Notes under the pieces: model-generated | What the model was told of the DNA's origin: nothing | Database searches by the model: none | Seen by the model: the letters and a program-made list of their open reading frames with translations, nothing else | In this document: piece by piece, positions 46,678-55,158 of the stretch | How positions within the stretch are numbered: the first letter of the stretch is position 1 | Layout: the number at the start of each line of letters is the position of its first letter | Source: Candidatus Latescibacterota bacterium | GTDB lineage: Bacteria; Latescibacterota; UBA2968; UBA8231 | Direction: 5' to 3' | Length of the DNA: 64,000 nt | NCBI GenBank assembly: GCA_965203175.1 | Contig: OZ241867.1 | Location: 5,472,001 to 5,536,000, forward strand | Program-made: the position numbers and the translations under genes

Positions 46678-49029
46678 ATGCGACGTGCAATCATCGCCTA
46701 CCTCGTGCTAGCCGTCCCACTCGCCGCTGACATGCTCTCCTTTGACAGCGCCGAGGAATGGGCCCAATGGCAACAGCCCTTCGGTTTGGTCCAGGTCGGC
46801 GAACAGGGCCAGCTCTCACTCGTCAAATTCCGCAAGGATATCAACCTCGTCGAGAACGCGCACCTCTTCGTCCACGAGACCCGTACCCGGGGCGATGCCG
46901 TCGCCGGTGGGCTCTGGCAAGCCGGCTCCAACGAGGCCGACGCCCCGCTGGCCATCGACGGCGATCCAACGACCTATTGGCAACCCAGCCCGGACGACGC
47001 CCCCGAGGATTGGTTTATCACCATCGACTTAGGCCGCGCTGCCCTGGCCCGCGAGATTCGCCTAAAATTCCCCGACCAAGAGGACGCGCGTCCATTCCGC
47101 CAATTCCGCGTCTTCACAACCTCCGGCGTGCGCATCTCGGCCACCGAAGACCTCTTTCTCTACCGCCAAGCCTTCCGCACCACGCGCCCCAACGCCGAAT
47201 CAGAAATTGTCATCCCGTTGCGCTACGCTGGTCGCGACAGCGCGCTAGTGTTTGACCTTGATTTGGATCTAACGCCCACAGAACGCAACGACTACCGGTT
47301 AATCCAGTACATCCAAATCATTTCCGAAGAGCAGAACGCCAACGCCGCCCTCGCCGAGGTCGAGGTCATCGGCATTGGCGACAACATTGCCATAGGCACC
47401 AGCCTACGCGGCAATTTCAAAGAAGGCGATGGCACCGGCTCCACCCCCAACCTCTTCGACGCCAACCTCAACACCAACAATACCGTCACCGGCTGCCGTG
47501 GTAATCTGTCGGGATGGGCCGAAGGTGGCACGTGGTTCCGCGCGGATCTAGGAGCGACATTCTTTATCGACGAGATGTTCCTCTATTCCATGCGGCCAGA
47601 CGAAGGCACATTGGGTTTCACCGTCTCTGGGGCTGGGCCAGGACACACCATCCTCTTTTCCGACGGCACCCCGGCCACGGGCACCGCCCCACCCGTCGAA
47701 GTGCCCGAAAACGTCGATTACGAAGAGGTCTTCTCCCATCCGGCCCCCAACGCCGACGACCTGCTCTACATGCGCTATCTGTTTGAGCCGCGCAAGGCCC
47801 GCTACCTGTTCTGGCGCGGAATTAGCTGCAAGGGATGGGGTATCGTCAAGTGGGGTGAGTTACAACTATTCTCACCGGGTTATCCGGCCCAAGTCGAGTT
47901 GCGGTCGGACTTTATCAACCTCGGCGAGGTAGCCGGCGATGGGCGGCCCAAAGTCATCAAGGCCCTGCACTGGGACGCCGACTTGCCTCCGGGCACCCGC
48001 TTGCAATTGCGCTCCCGCTCGGGCAATGCGCTCAGCGCGGAGTTCACCTTTTACAACAAGAAGGGCGATCTGGTCACCGAGGAGAAGTGGAACAGCTTGC
48101 CCAAGGTGATCAGGGGACCTGTTGACTCGACCTTAGTCACGGGCGAAGACTGGAACGAGTTCAGCAATATCTACCAGTTTTCGGGCGAGGCCTTCAAATC
48201 GGCCAGTCCGCGCCGCTTCATATTGCTGGAGATGATCCTCTCCACCGACGACCCCGCCGTCGCCCCGACCGTCAATTCAGTCTCCGTCGAGTTCGAGGAG
48301 GCTCTAGTCCAAGGCGCGCGCGGCAGCGTCGCTCCCCGCGAGGCCAACCCCAACCAAGACACGCACTTCACCTACACCCTCTGGCCCGAGACCGACGAAC
48401 TCGACAGCGGCTTCGACCTAATGCGCTTCACCGTCCCCGAACCTGTTGATCTCCAGAGCGTCTCGGTGATGGTAGGTGCAGAATCGGTCGTTCCGGCTAC
48501 CCTGGACATGCAGGCCGACTCGCTGCTCATCGAGTTGCCGCAGGCGATTTCCGGCGACTCGCTGCAAGTGAGCTTCACTACCCGCCTGCTGCAAAACGCC
48601 ACCGTCTTTACCCTCGACCTCGGCTTGAGCGAAACACCGGGTCTATGGCAATCGGTCGAGGCGGCCGAGCGCCGCTCCAACATCGTCATGCTACCCGAAC
48701 TGACCAGCAGCGGCCAGCTCATCAGCGACCTGCAACTAGCCTCTACGACCGTAACCCCCAACGGCGACGGCATCAACGACCAGCTAGAGGTGCGATTTGT
48801 CGCCTTCAAAGTCGAGGGCTCGGAGCCAAGAGTGGAAGTTTTCGACCTAGCCGGACGCCAAGTAGCAGTCCTCACCCCAAGCGCCGAAGGCTCGCAACGC
48901 CTCTTCACTTGGGACGGCCGCGACGCCGACGGAGCGAGCGCCGCACCCGGCCTGTACGTCCTGCGCGTCAATCTGGGTGCCGATGCAGGCAATGACACTG
49001 CGTTCCGCACCATTGCCGTGGCGTACTAA
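46678..49029 (+). CDS. Secreted CTD protein, subtype B (B3)
   Basis: LSFDSAEEW; same motifs as B1/B2; ends IAVAY; AAGGAGG RBS. Confidence 0.88.
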   Translation: MRRAIIAYLVLAVPLAADMLSFDSAEEWAQWQQPFGLVQVGEQGQLSLVKFRKDINLVENAHLFVHETRTRGDAVAGGLWQAGSNEADAPLAIDGDPTTYWQPSPDDAPEDWFITIDLGRAALAREIRLKFPDQEDARPFRQFRVFTTSGVRISATEDLFLYRQAFRTTRPNAESEIVIPLRYAGRDSALVFDLDLDLTPTERNDYRLIQYIQIISEEQNANAALAEVEVIGIGDNIAIGTSLRGNFKEGDGTGSTPNLFDANLNTNNTVTGCRGNLSGWAEGGTWFRADLGATFFIDEMFLYSMRPDEGTLGFTVSGAGPGHTILFSDGTPATGTAPPVEVPENVDYEEVFSHPAPNADDLLYMRYLFEPRKARYLFWRGISCKGWGIVKWGELQLFSPGYPAQVELRSDFINLGEVAGDGRPKVIKALHWDADLPPGTRLQLRSRSGNALSAEFTFYNKKGDLVTEEKWNSLPKVIRGPVDSTLVTGEDWNEFSNIYQFSGEAFKSASPRRFILLEMILSTDDPAVAPTVNSVSVEFEEALVQGARGSVAPREANPNQDTHFTYTLWPETDELDSGFDLMRFTVPEPVDLQSVSVMVGAESVVPATLDMQADSLLIELPQAISGDSLQVSFTTRLLQNATVFTLDLGLSETPGLWQSVEAAERRSNIVMLPELTSSGQLISDLQLASTTVTPNGDGINDQLEVRFVAFKVEGSEPRVEVFDLAGRQVAVLTPSAEGSQRLFTWDGRDADGASAAPGLYVLRVNLGADAGNDTAFRTIAVAY

Positions 49030-49033
49030 TCCT

Positions 49034-50164
49034 ATGGCCGAACAAACCTACGACCTCTTGGTGCGCGCCCCGCGTCTCTTCTGTGCGGATAGCGGCCTAG
49101 ATGGCCCTGGCGCAGTCGCCATTCGCGGCGACCGCATTGTCGCCTCCGGCCCCGCCGTCGAGGGACCGGTCCACACCGTACTCGACTTCCCCGATGCCCT
49201 CCTCCTCCCCGGCCTAGTCGATCTGCACGCCCATCCGGCCCGCGGCCAATCGCGCTTTGGCATCGACCCAGACATCCACTTTTTGCCGCGCGGCGTCACC
49301 ACCGTCATGTCCCAAGGCGATGCCGGGGCTGTGAACATCGACGACTATCGCCGCACCGTGATCGAGGCCTCGCGCACCCGAGTGCTCCTAGCCATCAACC
49401 TGTGCAAACGCGGCGAGACCCACCCCGTGCGCTGCTTCAACGACTTGGCCGACGCCGATGCCCAAGCCTGCGCCGACGCTATTGCCGCAGACGACCGCAG
49501 CATTTGGGGCATTGCCGTCACCGTCACCGGCGGGGCCTGCGCCGACGGCCTCGACCCGCGTCCCATTATGGCCGCCGGGCTAGAGGCCGCGGAATTGAGC
49601 GGCAAACCACTGCTGGTGGGCACTCGCCTCAAACCCGACTGGCCCCGCCGCGAACAACTCCCCCTGTTGCGCCCCGGCGACGTGGTGACCTACTCCCTCA
49701 ATGCCTTGCCAGAAAACCTGATGGACGGCGACCGCATTGCCGACGACGTATGGGAAGCTCGCCAGCGCGGCGTCCTCTTCGACTTGGGCCACGGCATGAA
49801 CTCCTTCAGCTTTCCCATTGCCGAGGCCACCATTGCCGAGGGCTTCCTCGTCGATACGGTTTCGACCGACCAGTACCACCGCCACGTTGACAGCCGTCCC
49901 CAGCACGACCTCCCCCGCACGATGTCCAAGCTCATCGCCGCTGGCATGGACGAAGCAGAAGTATTCGCCCGCGCCACGGCCCGCCCCGCCGCCGTGCTGG
50001 GCCTAGAGGGCGAAGTCGGCAGCTTGGCTCCGGGTGCCTGCGCCGACCTAGCCGTGCTGCGCTGGAACGAAGAAGCCCTGCCCCTGCGCGACGTCAACGG
50101 CGAGGAGCGGCCCGGCGGCTGTTGGGAACCGGTGGCTACTATCCGCGGCGGCCAAGTGGTTTAG
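49034..50164 (+). CDS. Metal-dependent amidohydrolase (dihydroorotase-like/deacetylase family)
   Basis: PGLVDLHAH, GVTTV..GDAG, FDLGHG..SFSF, STD, G.L.PGA.AD. Confidence 0.85.
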   Translation: MAEQTYDLLVRAPRLFCADSGLDGPGAVAIRGDRIVASGPAVEGPVHTVLDFPDALLLPGLVDLHAHPARGQSRFGIDPDIHFLPRGVTTVMSQGDAGAVNIDDYRRTVIEASRTRVLLAINLCKRGETHPVRCFNDLADADAQACADAIAADDRSIWGIAVTVTGGACADGLDPRPIMAAGLEAAELSGKPLLVGTRLKPDWPRREQLPLLRPGDVVTYSLNALPENLMDGDRIADDVWEARQRGVLFDLGHGMNSFSFPIAEATIAEGFLVDTVSTDQYHRHVDSRPQHDLPRTMSKLIAAGMDEAEVFARATARPAAVLGLEGEVGSLAPGACADLAVLRWNEEALPLRDVNGEERPGGCWEPVATIRGGQVV

Positions 50165-50199
50165 GGCCGTCCATTTCAACAATCGAGGATCAAAACACA

Positions 50200-51099
50200 A
50201 TGGCCGACAAACTAGCGCGCGGGATCTGGCCTGCGCTCGTCACCCCGTTCACCGACGACGGCAGCGCCTTGGCCCCTGCGCGCGTCGAGCCGCTCGTCAA
50301 GCACCTGATCGACGCTGGCTCAAACGGCTTTTTCGTCTGCGGTGGCACGGGCGAGGGAAGCGCCATGAGCGTACCCGAGCGCAAAGCCATGACCGAAGCG
50401 ACCATCGCTGCGGTCGCCGGTGCCGTGCCGCTGATCTTCCAAGTCGGCGCGACATCCACGGCCAATGCAGTGGAATTGGCCCAGCACGCCGCAGCCGCCG
50501 GTGCGGACGCCGTGGCTTCGGTCGCGCCGGTGGATCAGCCCAACGACCTCAAAGCCGCGGTCGCCCACTACGCAGCTATTGGCGCGGCTACCGACCTGCC
50601 CTTCTACGTGTATTGGCTCGCCCACACAGCCGACAAGAATGTTACCGCCGAACAGTTCCTCGAAGCCATGGAAGCCGTGCCCAACTTCAGCGGCCTCAAG
50701 TTCACCGACAGCAACTTCTACTTCTTCCAACGCCTCGTGCAACTAGGCGGCGACTACCTCAACCTCATCTCCGGCCCCGACGAAATCTGCCTCGGCGGCA
50801 TGGTCGCCGGCAGCGACGCAGCCATTGGCTCGACCTACAACATCATGCCCAAACTGTTCGTGGAAATGCGGCAGCACTTTGAAGCGAGTGATATCCAGCC
50901 AGCCATGGCCCTGCAAGCGCGCGCCAACGAGGTCATCTCCACCTTGTTCCACTTTGACCTGCTAGCGGCCGTCAAGGAAATGTTGACCATGCGCGGGCTA
51001 CCCGTAGGCCCTGCCCGTCCTCCTCGCACCCCGTTCGACGATGCGGGCCGCGCCGCGCTGTGCCAAGCGCTGGACGACCTCGGCTTTGCAGTGGAATGA
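50200..51099 (+). CDS. DHDPS/N-acetylneuraminate lyase family aldolase
   Basis: ALVTPF, CGGTGE, Schiff-base GLKFT, SGPDE, AIGSTYN (NAL-like). Confidence 0.85.
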   Translation: MADKLARGIWPALVTPFTDDGSALAPARVEPLVKHLIDAGSNGFFVCGGTGEGSAMSVPERKAMTEATIAAVAGAVPLIFQVGATSTANAVELAQHAAAAGADAVASVAPVDQPNDLKAAVAHYAAIGAATDLPFYVYWLAHTADKNVTAEQFLEAMEAVPNFSGLKFTDSNFYFFQRLVQLGGDYLNLISGPDEICLGGMVAGSDAAIGSTYNIMPKLFVEMRQHFEASDIQPAMALQARANEVISTLFHFDLLAAVKEMLTMRGLPVGPARPPRTPFDDAGRAALCQALDDLGFAVE

Positions 51100-51704
51100 G
51101 GGCCATTCCCCTCCCGGACGGCGACCTGCGCTACGCCCCTGACTTTTTGGCCCCTGCCGAGGCCGACCAATTCATGCGGCAACTGTTGGACGGTATTGAG
51201 TGGCAACAGCACCACGTCGTCATCTTTGGCCGCCAGCACCCCACACCGCGTCTCTCGGCGTGGCATGGCTCCCCAGAAGCCCACTACGCCTATTCGGGGT
51301 TGGCCCTTGAACCGCGTCCGTGGACCAAACCGCTGCTAGACCTCAAGACGCGGCTCGAAACCGCTGCCGACTGTCCCTTCAACAGCGTCCTGCTCAATCA
51401 GTACCGCGACGGCCGCGACAGCATGGGTTGGCACAGCGACGACGAGCCAGAGTTGGGAGCCAACCCGACGATTGCCTCGCTGAGTTTCGGCGGAACGCGG
51501 CGCTTCCTCCTACGGCACAAGCGCCGCGACCATCCCCCGGTCGAAATCCCCCTCGAACACGGCGCGCTCATCATCATGCGCGGCTCGACCCAAGCCCACT
51601 GGCAGCATCAAGTCCCCAAGACTCGACGCCCGTGTGCCCTGCGCCTCAACCTCACCTTCCGCTACATCGTCGCTACTGGACAACCTCCCACCGATGCGCC
51701 TTAA
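51096..51704 (+). CDS. AlkB-family 2OG-Fe(II) dioxygenase (ALKBH2/3-like)
   Basis: Y.YSG, FNSVL.N.YRDG.DSMGWHSDDE, WQHQVPK, RLNLTFR. Confidence 0.92.
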   Translation: MRAIPLPDGDLRYAPDFLAPAEADQFMRQLLDGIEWQQHHVVIFGRQHPTPRLSAWHGSPEAHYAYSGLALEPRPWTKPLLDLKTRLETAADCPFNSVLLNQYRDGRDSMGWHSDDEPELGANPTIASLSFGGTRRFLLRHKRRDHPPVEIPLEHGALIIMRGSTQAHWQHQVPKTRRPCALRLNLTFRYIVATGQPPTDAP

Positions 51705-52575
51705 CCCCCTGTCCTTGCACTGCCGCTAGCGACTCTACCCACTGCCTGCACCATTCGTCGTAATCCCTCAACTCAGACGCGGGATTGGACCGGCTGCGGG
51801 CCACGAAGTCGGGATAGAAGGGGCGACCGGTCGGCGTCCCCGTCTTCTGATAGCGCAAATCCATGCTCCAGCGCACCGTGTCCGCGTTGTTGGGCGTCGA
51901 GCGGTGTGGGGTCTGCTTGTCCATTAGCAGCACGTCGCCTTTGTCCATCGGCAAGGTAAGCGACTCAGCCTGCGGCATTTCCTCGTCGATGATCACCGTG
52001 CCCAAACCCTGCTTGATATGGTGCTGCACCAGCCCGTTCCGGTGCGCTCGTGGCAAGATCTGCAAACAGCCGTTTTCCGGCGTCGCCGCGCACAGCGGTA
52101 GCCATACCGTGAGGATGAAGTGCGGGTCGGCCTCTTCCCAGGTAACTCCGGCGTCTTGGTGCCAAGGGGCCACGTGCGGGTCGCTGCCGCTCGGCGTCAC
52201 ACCCGCGGGCAGTTTGGCGCGGGTGTGCTGAATCGGACTACAAGTGATCTCCGGCCCGACCAAACTTTCGATCATATCGAGCAGGCGGTCGTTGCGCAAA
52301 AATTCAAACGAGGCCCGCCCGCGCAAGTACATGATGTCGAGTTCTCTGTAGATCGCTTCGTCTTCGCGGCAGATCGAGATGAGGCGACGGTCGAAGGGTT
52401 CGTCCGCATACAGGGCCGAGATGTGGCCGGCCGCCAACAACTCCTCGGCGCGGCGGCCGATGTACTCTTCGTACTCGGCGATGATCGGGTCGAGGTCGGC
52501 GTCGGTCAGTGCACCGCGCAGCAACAGATAGCCGTCCTCCGCAAATTGGGCGGCTTGTTCGGGGGTTAGTTGCAT
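51673..52575 (-). CDS. PhyH family dioxygenase
   Basis: F.EDGY, PWHQD, ENGCL, HRS.PN...VRWSMDLRY; paralog of 22368..23282. Confidence 0.9.
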   Translation of the reverse strand: MQLTPEQAAQFAEDGYLLLRGALTDADLDPIIAEYEEYIGRRAEELLAAGHISALYADEPFDRRLISICREDEAIYRELDIMYLRGRASFEFLRNDRLLDMIESLVGPEITCSPIQHTRAKLPAGVTPSGSDPHVAPWHQDAGVTWEEADPHFILTVWLPLCAATPENGCLQILPRAHRNGLVQHHIKQGLGTVIIDEEMPQAESLTLPMDKGDVLLMDKQTPHRSTPNNADTVRWSMDLRYQKTGTPTGRPFYPDFVARSRSNPASELRDYDEWCRQWVESLAAVQGQGVKAHRWEVVQ

Positions 52576-52662
52576 GAGACTTCTCCTGATGGATGGTAGC
52601 GTGCGGCGATAATTTACAATCTACAACCTAAGATGCCTATGAGAGAATCATGCTTAACCGAG

Positions 52663-52720
52663 AAAGTGCATATATGTACACAATAACCTTGACATGATTT
52701 TCAAAAAAGTGCATATATGT
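52663..52720 (+). promoter_or_regulatory. hicAB promoter with two candidate operators
   Basis: AAAGTGCATATATGT at 52663 and 52706 flanks TTGACA (52689); the second copy covers the -10 region. Confidence 0.7.
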
Positions 52721-52740
52721 GTGCATGTTGGATTGCGAAG

Positions 52741-52932
52741 ATGGAAACTAGAACCAACCTGATCAAAAGAAAATTGGAGAGAGAAGGTTGGTACATGGCA
52801 CGCCACGGTGGCAACCATGACATTTACCGACATCCTTTCATCAAGGGCATCATCACCTTGCCAAGACACAACAAGCTGTCGCTAGGTGTCGCCCGCTCCA
52901 TTGCAAAAAAGGCCGGATGGCTGGAAGAATAA
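52741..52932 (+). CDS. hicA: HicA-family toxin
   Basis: LEREGW...RHGGNH.IY.HP....ITLPRH..L..G.ARSI.K.AG. Confidence 0.9.
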   Translation: METRTNLIKRKLEREGWYMARHGGNHDIYRHPFIKGIITLPRHNKLSLGVARSIAKKAGWLEE

Positions 52933-52956
52933 GCGACCAAGGAGACAAGAGAGACC

Positions 52957-53343
52957 ATGATCCGATATCCTGCACTGATCGACGGTGAAAAAGGTGCCTA
53001 TGGCGTGACTTTCCCGGACCTTCCCGGCATCGTGGCCATGGGCAAGACGATGGATGAGGCGCTGATGAATGCCGAAGAGGCGCTTCGCGATGGTGCGCTC
53101 GCAGCGGAAAAAGACGGCGAAACCCTTGCTGCACCGAGTGCCTTCGAAGACATCGAGACCCTCGCTGGACAAGCGCTGGTATCCATTCCCCTGATCCGTC
53201 TGTCGGGTCGCAGTGTGCGCGCCCACTTAAATCTCGATGAAGAGGTAGCCGCTTTTATCGACTCCGAGGCTCGAAGACGCAAAATGACCCGCACGGCCTA
53301 TATATCTTGGATGGCGCGAAGAATCGCGCAGATGGGCGGTTAA
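52957..53343 (+). CDS. hicB: HicB-family antitoxin (RHH-type tail)
   Basis: YGVTFPDLPG..AMG.T.DEA..NA.EAL; C-terminal ID..A..R.MTR. Confidence 0.9.
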   Translation: MIRYPALIDGEKGAYGVTFPDLPGIVAMGKTMDEALMNAEEALRDGALAAEKDGETLAAPSAFEDIETLAGQALVSIPLIRLSGRSVRAHLNLDEEVAAFIDSEARRRKMTRTAYISWMARRIAQMGG

Positions 53344-53482
53344 ACTACTTCTGCAAGGCCTGAATTCTCTTCAAAGACAATTTTGGGACGCCCTGTCTGA
53401 AGGCTATAAGCCTTATCCTTGTAAAGCCAATAACCCGAGACCAGTCCTTTGTGCGTCGGACTAAAAAAGAAAGAAAAGGATC

Positions 53483-54721
53483 ATGCCGTGTAATGCCCCA
53501 CGAGCCGCCGCCTATATGCAGCGCTGCGGCCTAGACGGAATCATTGCTAGTTCGCCGGTCAATATCACCTATTTCACTGATTACCATTGCTGGTTGGACG
53601 GGCAGTTCAAGGAATTCATGGTCAAGCCCGGCGGCAGCGGCGATTTGCTGCCCGCGTTTGCCTTGTATCGGCCGGAGGGACGCCCCGGTCTGACCGTGTC
53701 GGCGCTATTGGCGGTCAATGCCTTGGACTTGCCCGTGGATTTGTGTCCTTGGGGCGATGCGCCTCTTGAGTGGGACGCGCCCTTGGGGCCTATGAACGAG
53801 GCGCAGCGGCAGTTGTGGCAACAGTTGCGGGAGATGCGTTCGGAGACGACGGCAGTGGATGCCCTAGTACATCTGGTGCGGCAAGCAGGCTCGGTCAAGG
53901 CGCGGCTGGGCTTGGAGACGGAGGGCCTACCAGCGCCTCTGTTGGCCGCAGTGCGAGCGGCTTTGCCCAAGGCCGAACTAGTCGATTGCTCCAACGCGAT
54001 CCGCCTAATCCGCATGGTCAAAAGTCCCGCTGAACAGGCGCTGTTAGCCGAGGCGGCGCGCATTGGCGAACAAGCTGCCGCCGCTGCTTTCGCAGATGCC
54101 CGGCCCGGCGTGCGCCTGCGCGATATGCAGCAGCGCTTCCGGGCCGAAGTCGGGCTCTTGGGCGCGGATATCGATCACTTTGCCTATGGCATTCGGGGCC
54201 TAGGGCTGGCCACGGAACCGGACTACGCCTTGATAGAAGGCGACGCCCTGTACGTGGACTACGGTTGCCTGTACCGCAACTACTGCTCGGACAGCGGAGT
54301 GACGCTGGCGGTGGGCGGGCTAGAAGGCGAATGGGTCGGCAAATACCAAGCGTTGTACGAGTGCATGCGGGCCGGACAAGCCGCTCTACAAGTCGGAGCC
54401 AAGGCCGCGGACGCACCGCAAGCTATGGGAGACGTTCTCGGCGAGCGCGGCGTGGCGGCCTCTTTCCCCCACGGCCACGGCATCGGCTTGGAAGTGCGGG
54501 ACTATCCCATCTTAGTGCCGGACAAGGGCGGCCGCATCGCCGACGAATGCGTTGACGAGGCCGCGGACTTGCCGCTGGAGGCCGGCATGGTGCTCAACCT
54601 GGAGGCGATGATCTTTGCGCCGGGGCGGGCTTCTTTGCACATGGAACAAAGCTTTGTCGTCGAGGCCGACGGCAACCGGCCCTTAGTGGAACAGGACCGC
54701 GCACAACCCGTAGTGCCCTAA
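53483..54721 (+). CDS. M24 (Xaa-Pro peptidase/creatinase) family protein
   Basis: N..YFT, IRMVKS..E, D.G...Y.SD, HGHGIGLE, LE.GMV.NLE. Confidence 0.85.
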   Translation: MPCNAPRAAAYMQRCGLDGIIASSPVNITYFTDYHCWLDGQFKEFMVKPGGSGDLLPAFALYRPEGRPGLTVSALLAVNALDLPVDLCPWGDAPLEWDAPLGPMNEAQRQLWQQLREMRSETTAVDALVHLVRQAGSVKARLGLETEGLPAPLLAAVRAALPKAELVDCSNAIRLIRMVKSPAEQALLAEAARIGEQAAAAAFADARPGVRLRDMQQRFRAEVGLLGADIDHFAYGIRGLGLATEPDYALIEGDALYVDYGCLYRNYCSDSGVTLAVGGLEGEWVGKYQALYECMRAGQAALQVGAKAADAPQAMGDVLGERGVAASFPHGHGIGLEVRDYPILVPDKGGRIADECVDEAADLPLEAGMVLNLEAMIFAPGRASLHMEQSFVVEADGNRPLVEQDRAQPVVP

Positions 54722-55143
54722 CCCGCCAATCCCTCGGGCAAGGTCTCGATATAAGCACCAATCTCGTCGCGCACTCGCCGATAAGCCCCCAGCGCTTCTT
54801 CTTCACTGCGCGCATTCTGCGCCAGTTTCGGCGGATCGTCAAAGGCCCGATGGACCACCCGGGCGCGCCCCGAAAAAACAGGACACTGTTCAGCCGCGTG
54901 ATCGCAAACCGTGACCATCCAGTCGAAGTCGATGTGGCGGAGCTGGTCAACGTGCGTCGATTGCTGATCCGAGATATTAATGCCGACCTCGGCCATCACT
55001 TGCACGGCATTGGGGTTGAGGCCGTGGGTCTCGATCCCCGCTGAGTAGGCTTCAAAACGGTTGGATTTTAGCGCGCGGGCAAAACCCTCGGCCATTTGAC
55101 TGCGGCAAGAGTTGCCGGTGCAGAGAAAGAGGATCTTGGTCAT
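54718..55143 (-). CDS. arsC: LMW-PTP-type arsenate reductase
   Basis: LFLCTGNSCRSQMAEG, SAG, TVCD.A.E.CP, FDDP, VRDEI. Confidence 0.9.
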   Translation of the reverse strand: MTKILFLCTGNSCRSQMAEGFARALKSNRFEAYSAGIETHGLNPNAVQVMAEVGINISDQQSTHVDQLRHIDFDWMVTVCDHAAEQCPVFSGRARVVHRAFDDPPKLAQNARSEEEALGAYRRVRDEIGAYIETLPEGLAG

Positions 55144-55158
55144 ATATTAGAGGCCGTC

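Larger units (their letters stand above)
42224..46688 (+). repeat. Tandem segmental duplication, period about 2230 bp (42224-44458 / 44452-46688)
   Basis: A3 and A4 starts (42404/44634) and stops (44437/46667) are both offset by 2230; the B2 tail and B3 start are duplicated at the junction. Confidence 0.93.

Noticed and set aside
33519-49029. Flagellar hook-capping (flgD) genes
   Set aside because: Only the C-terminal Ig-like module resembles FlgD; the proteins have Sec signals and there is no flagellar context.
53344-53482. IS-end remnant or shared TGAATTCTC after TA modules (10161, 53361)
   Set aside because: Matches are 9 bp or shorter, with no partner repeat or transposase; compatible with chance.
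54718-55143. Arsenic-resistance operon
   Set aside because: Only a lone arsC-like gene; no arsR, arsB or acr3 nearby.
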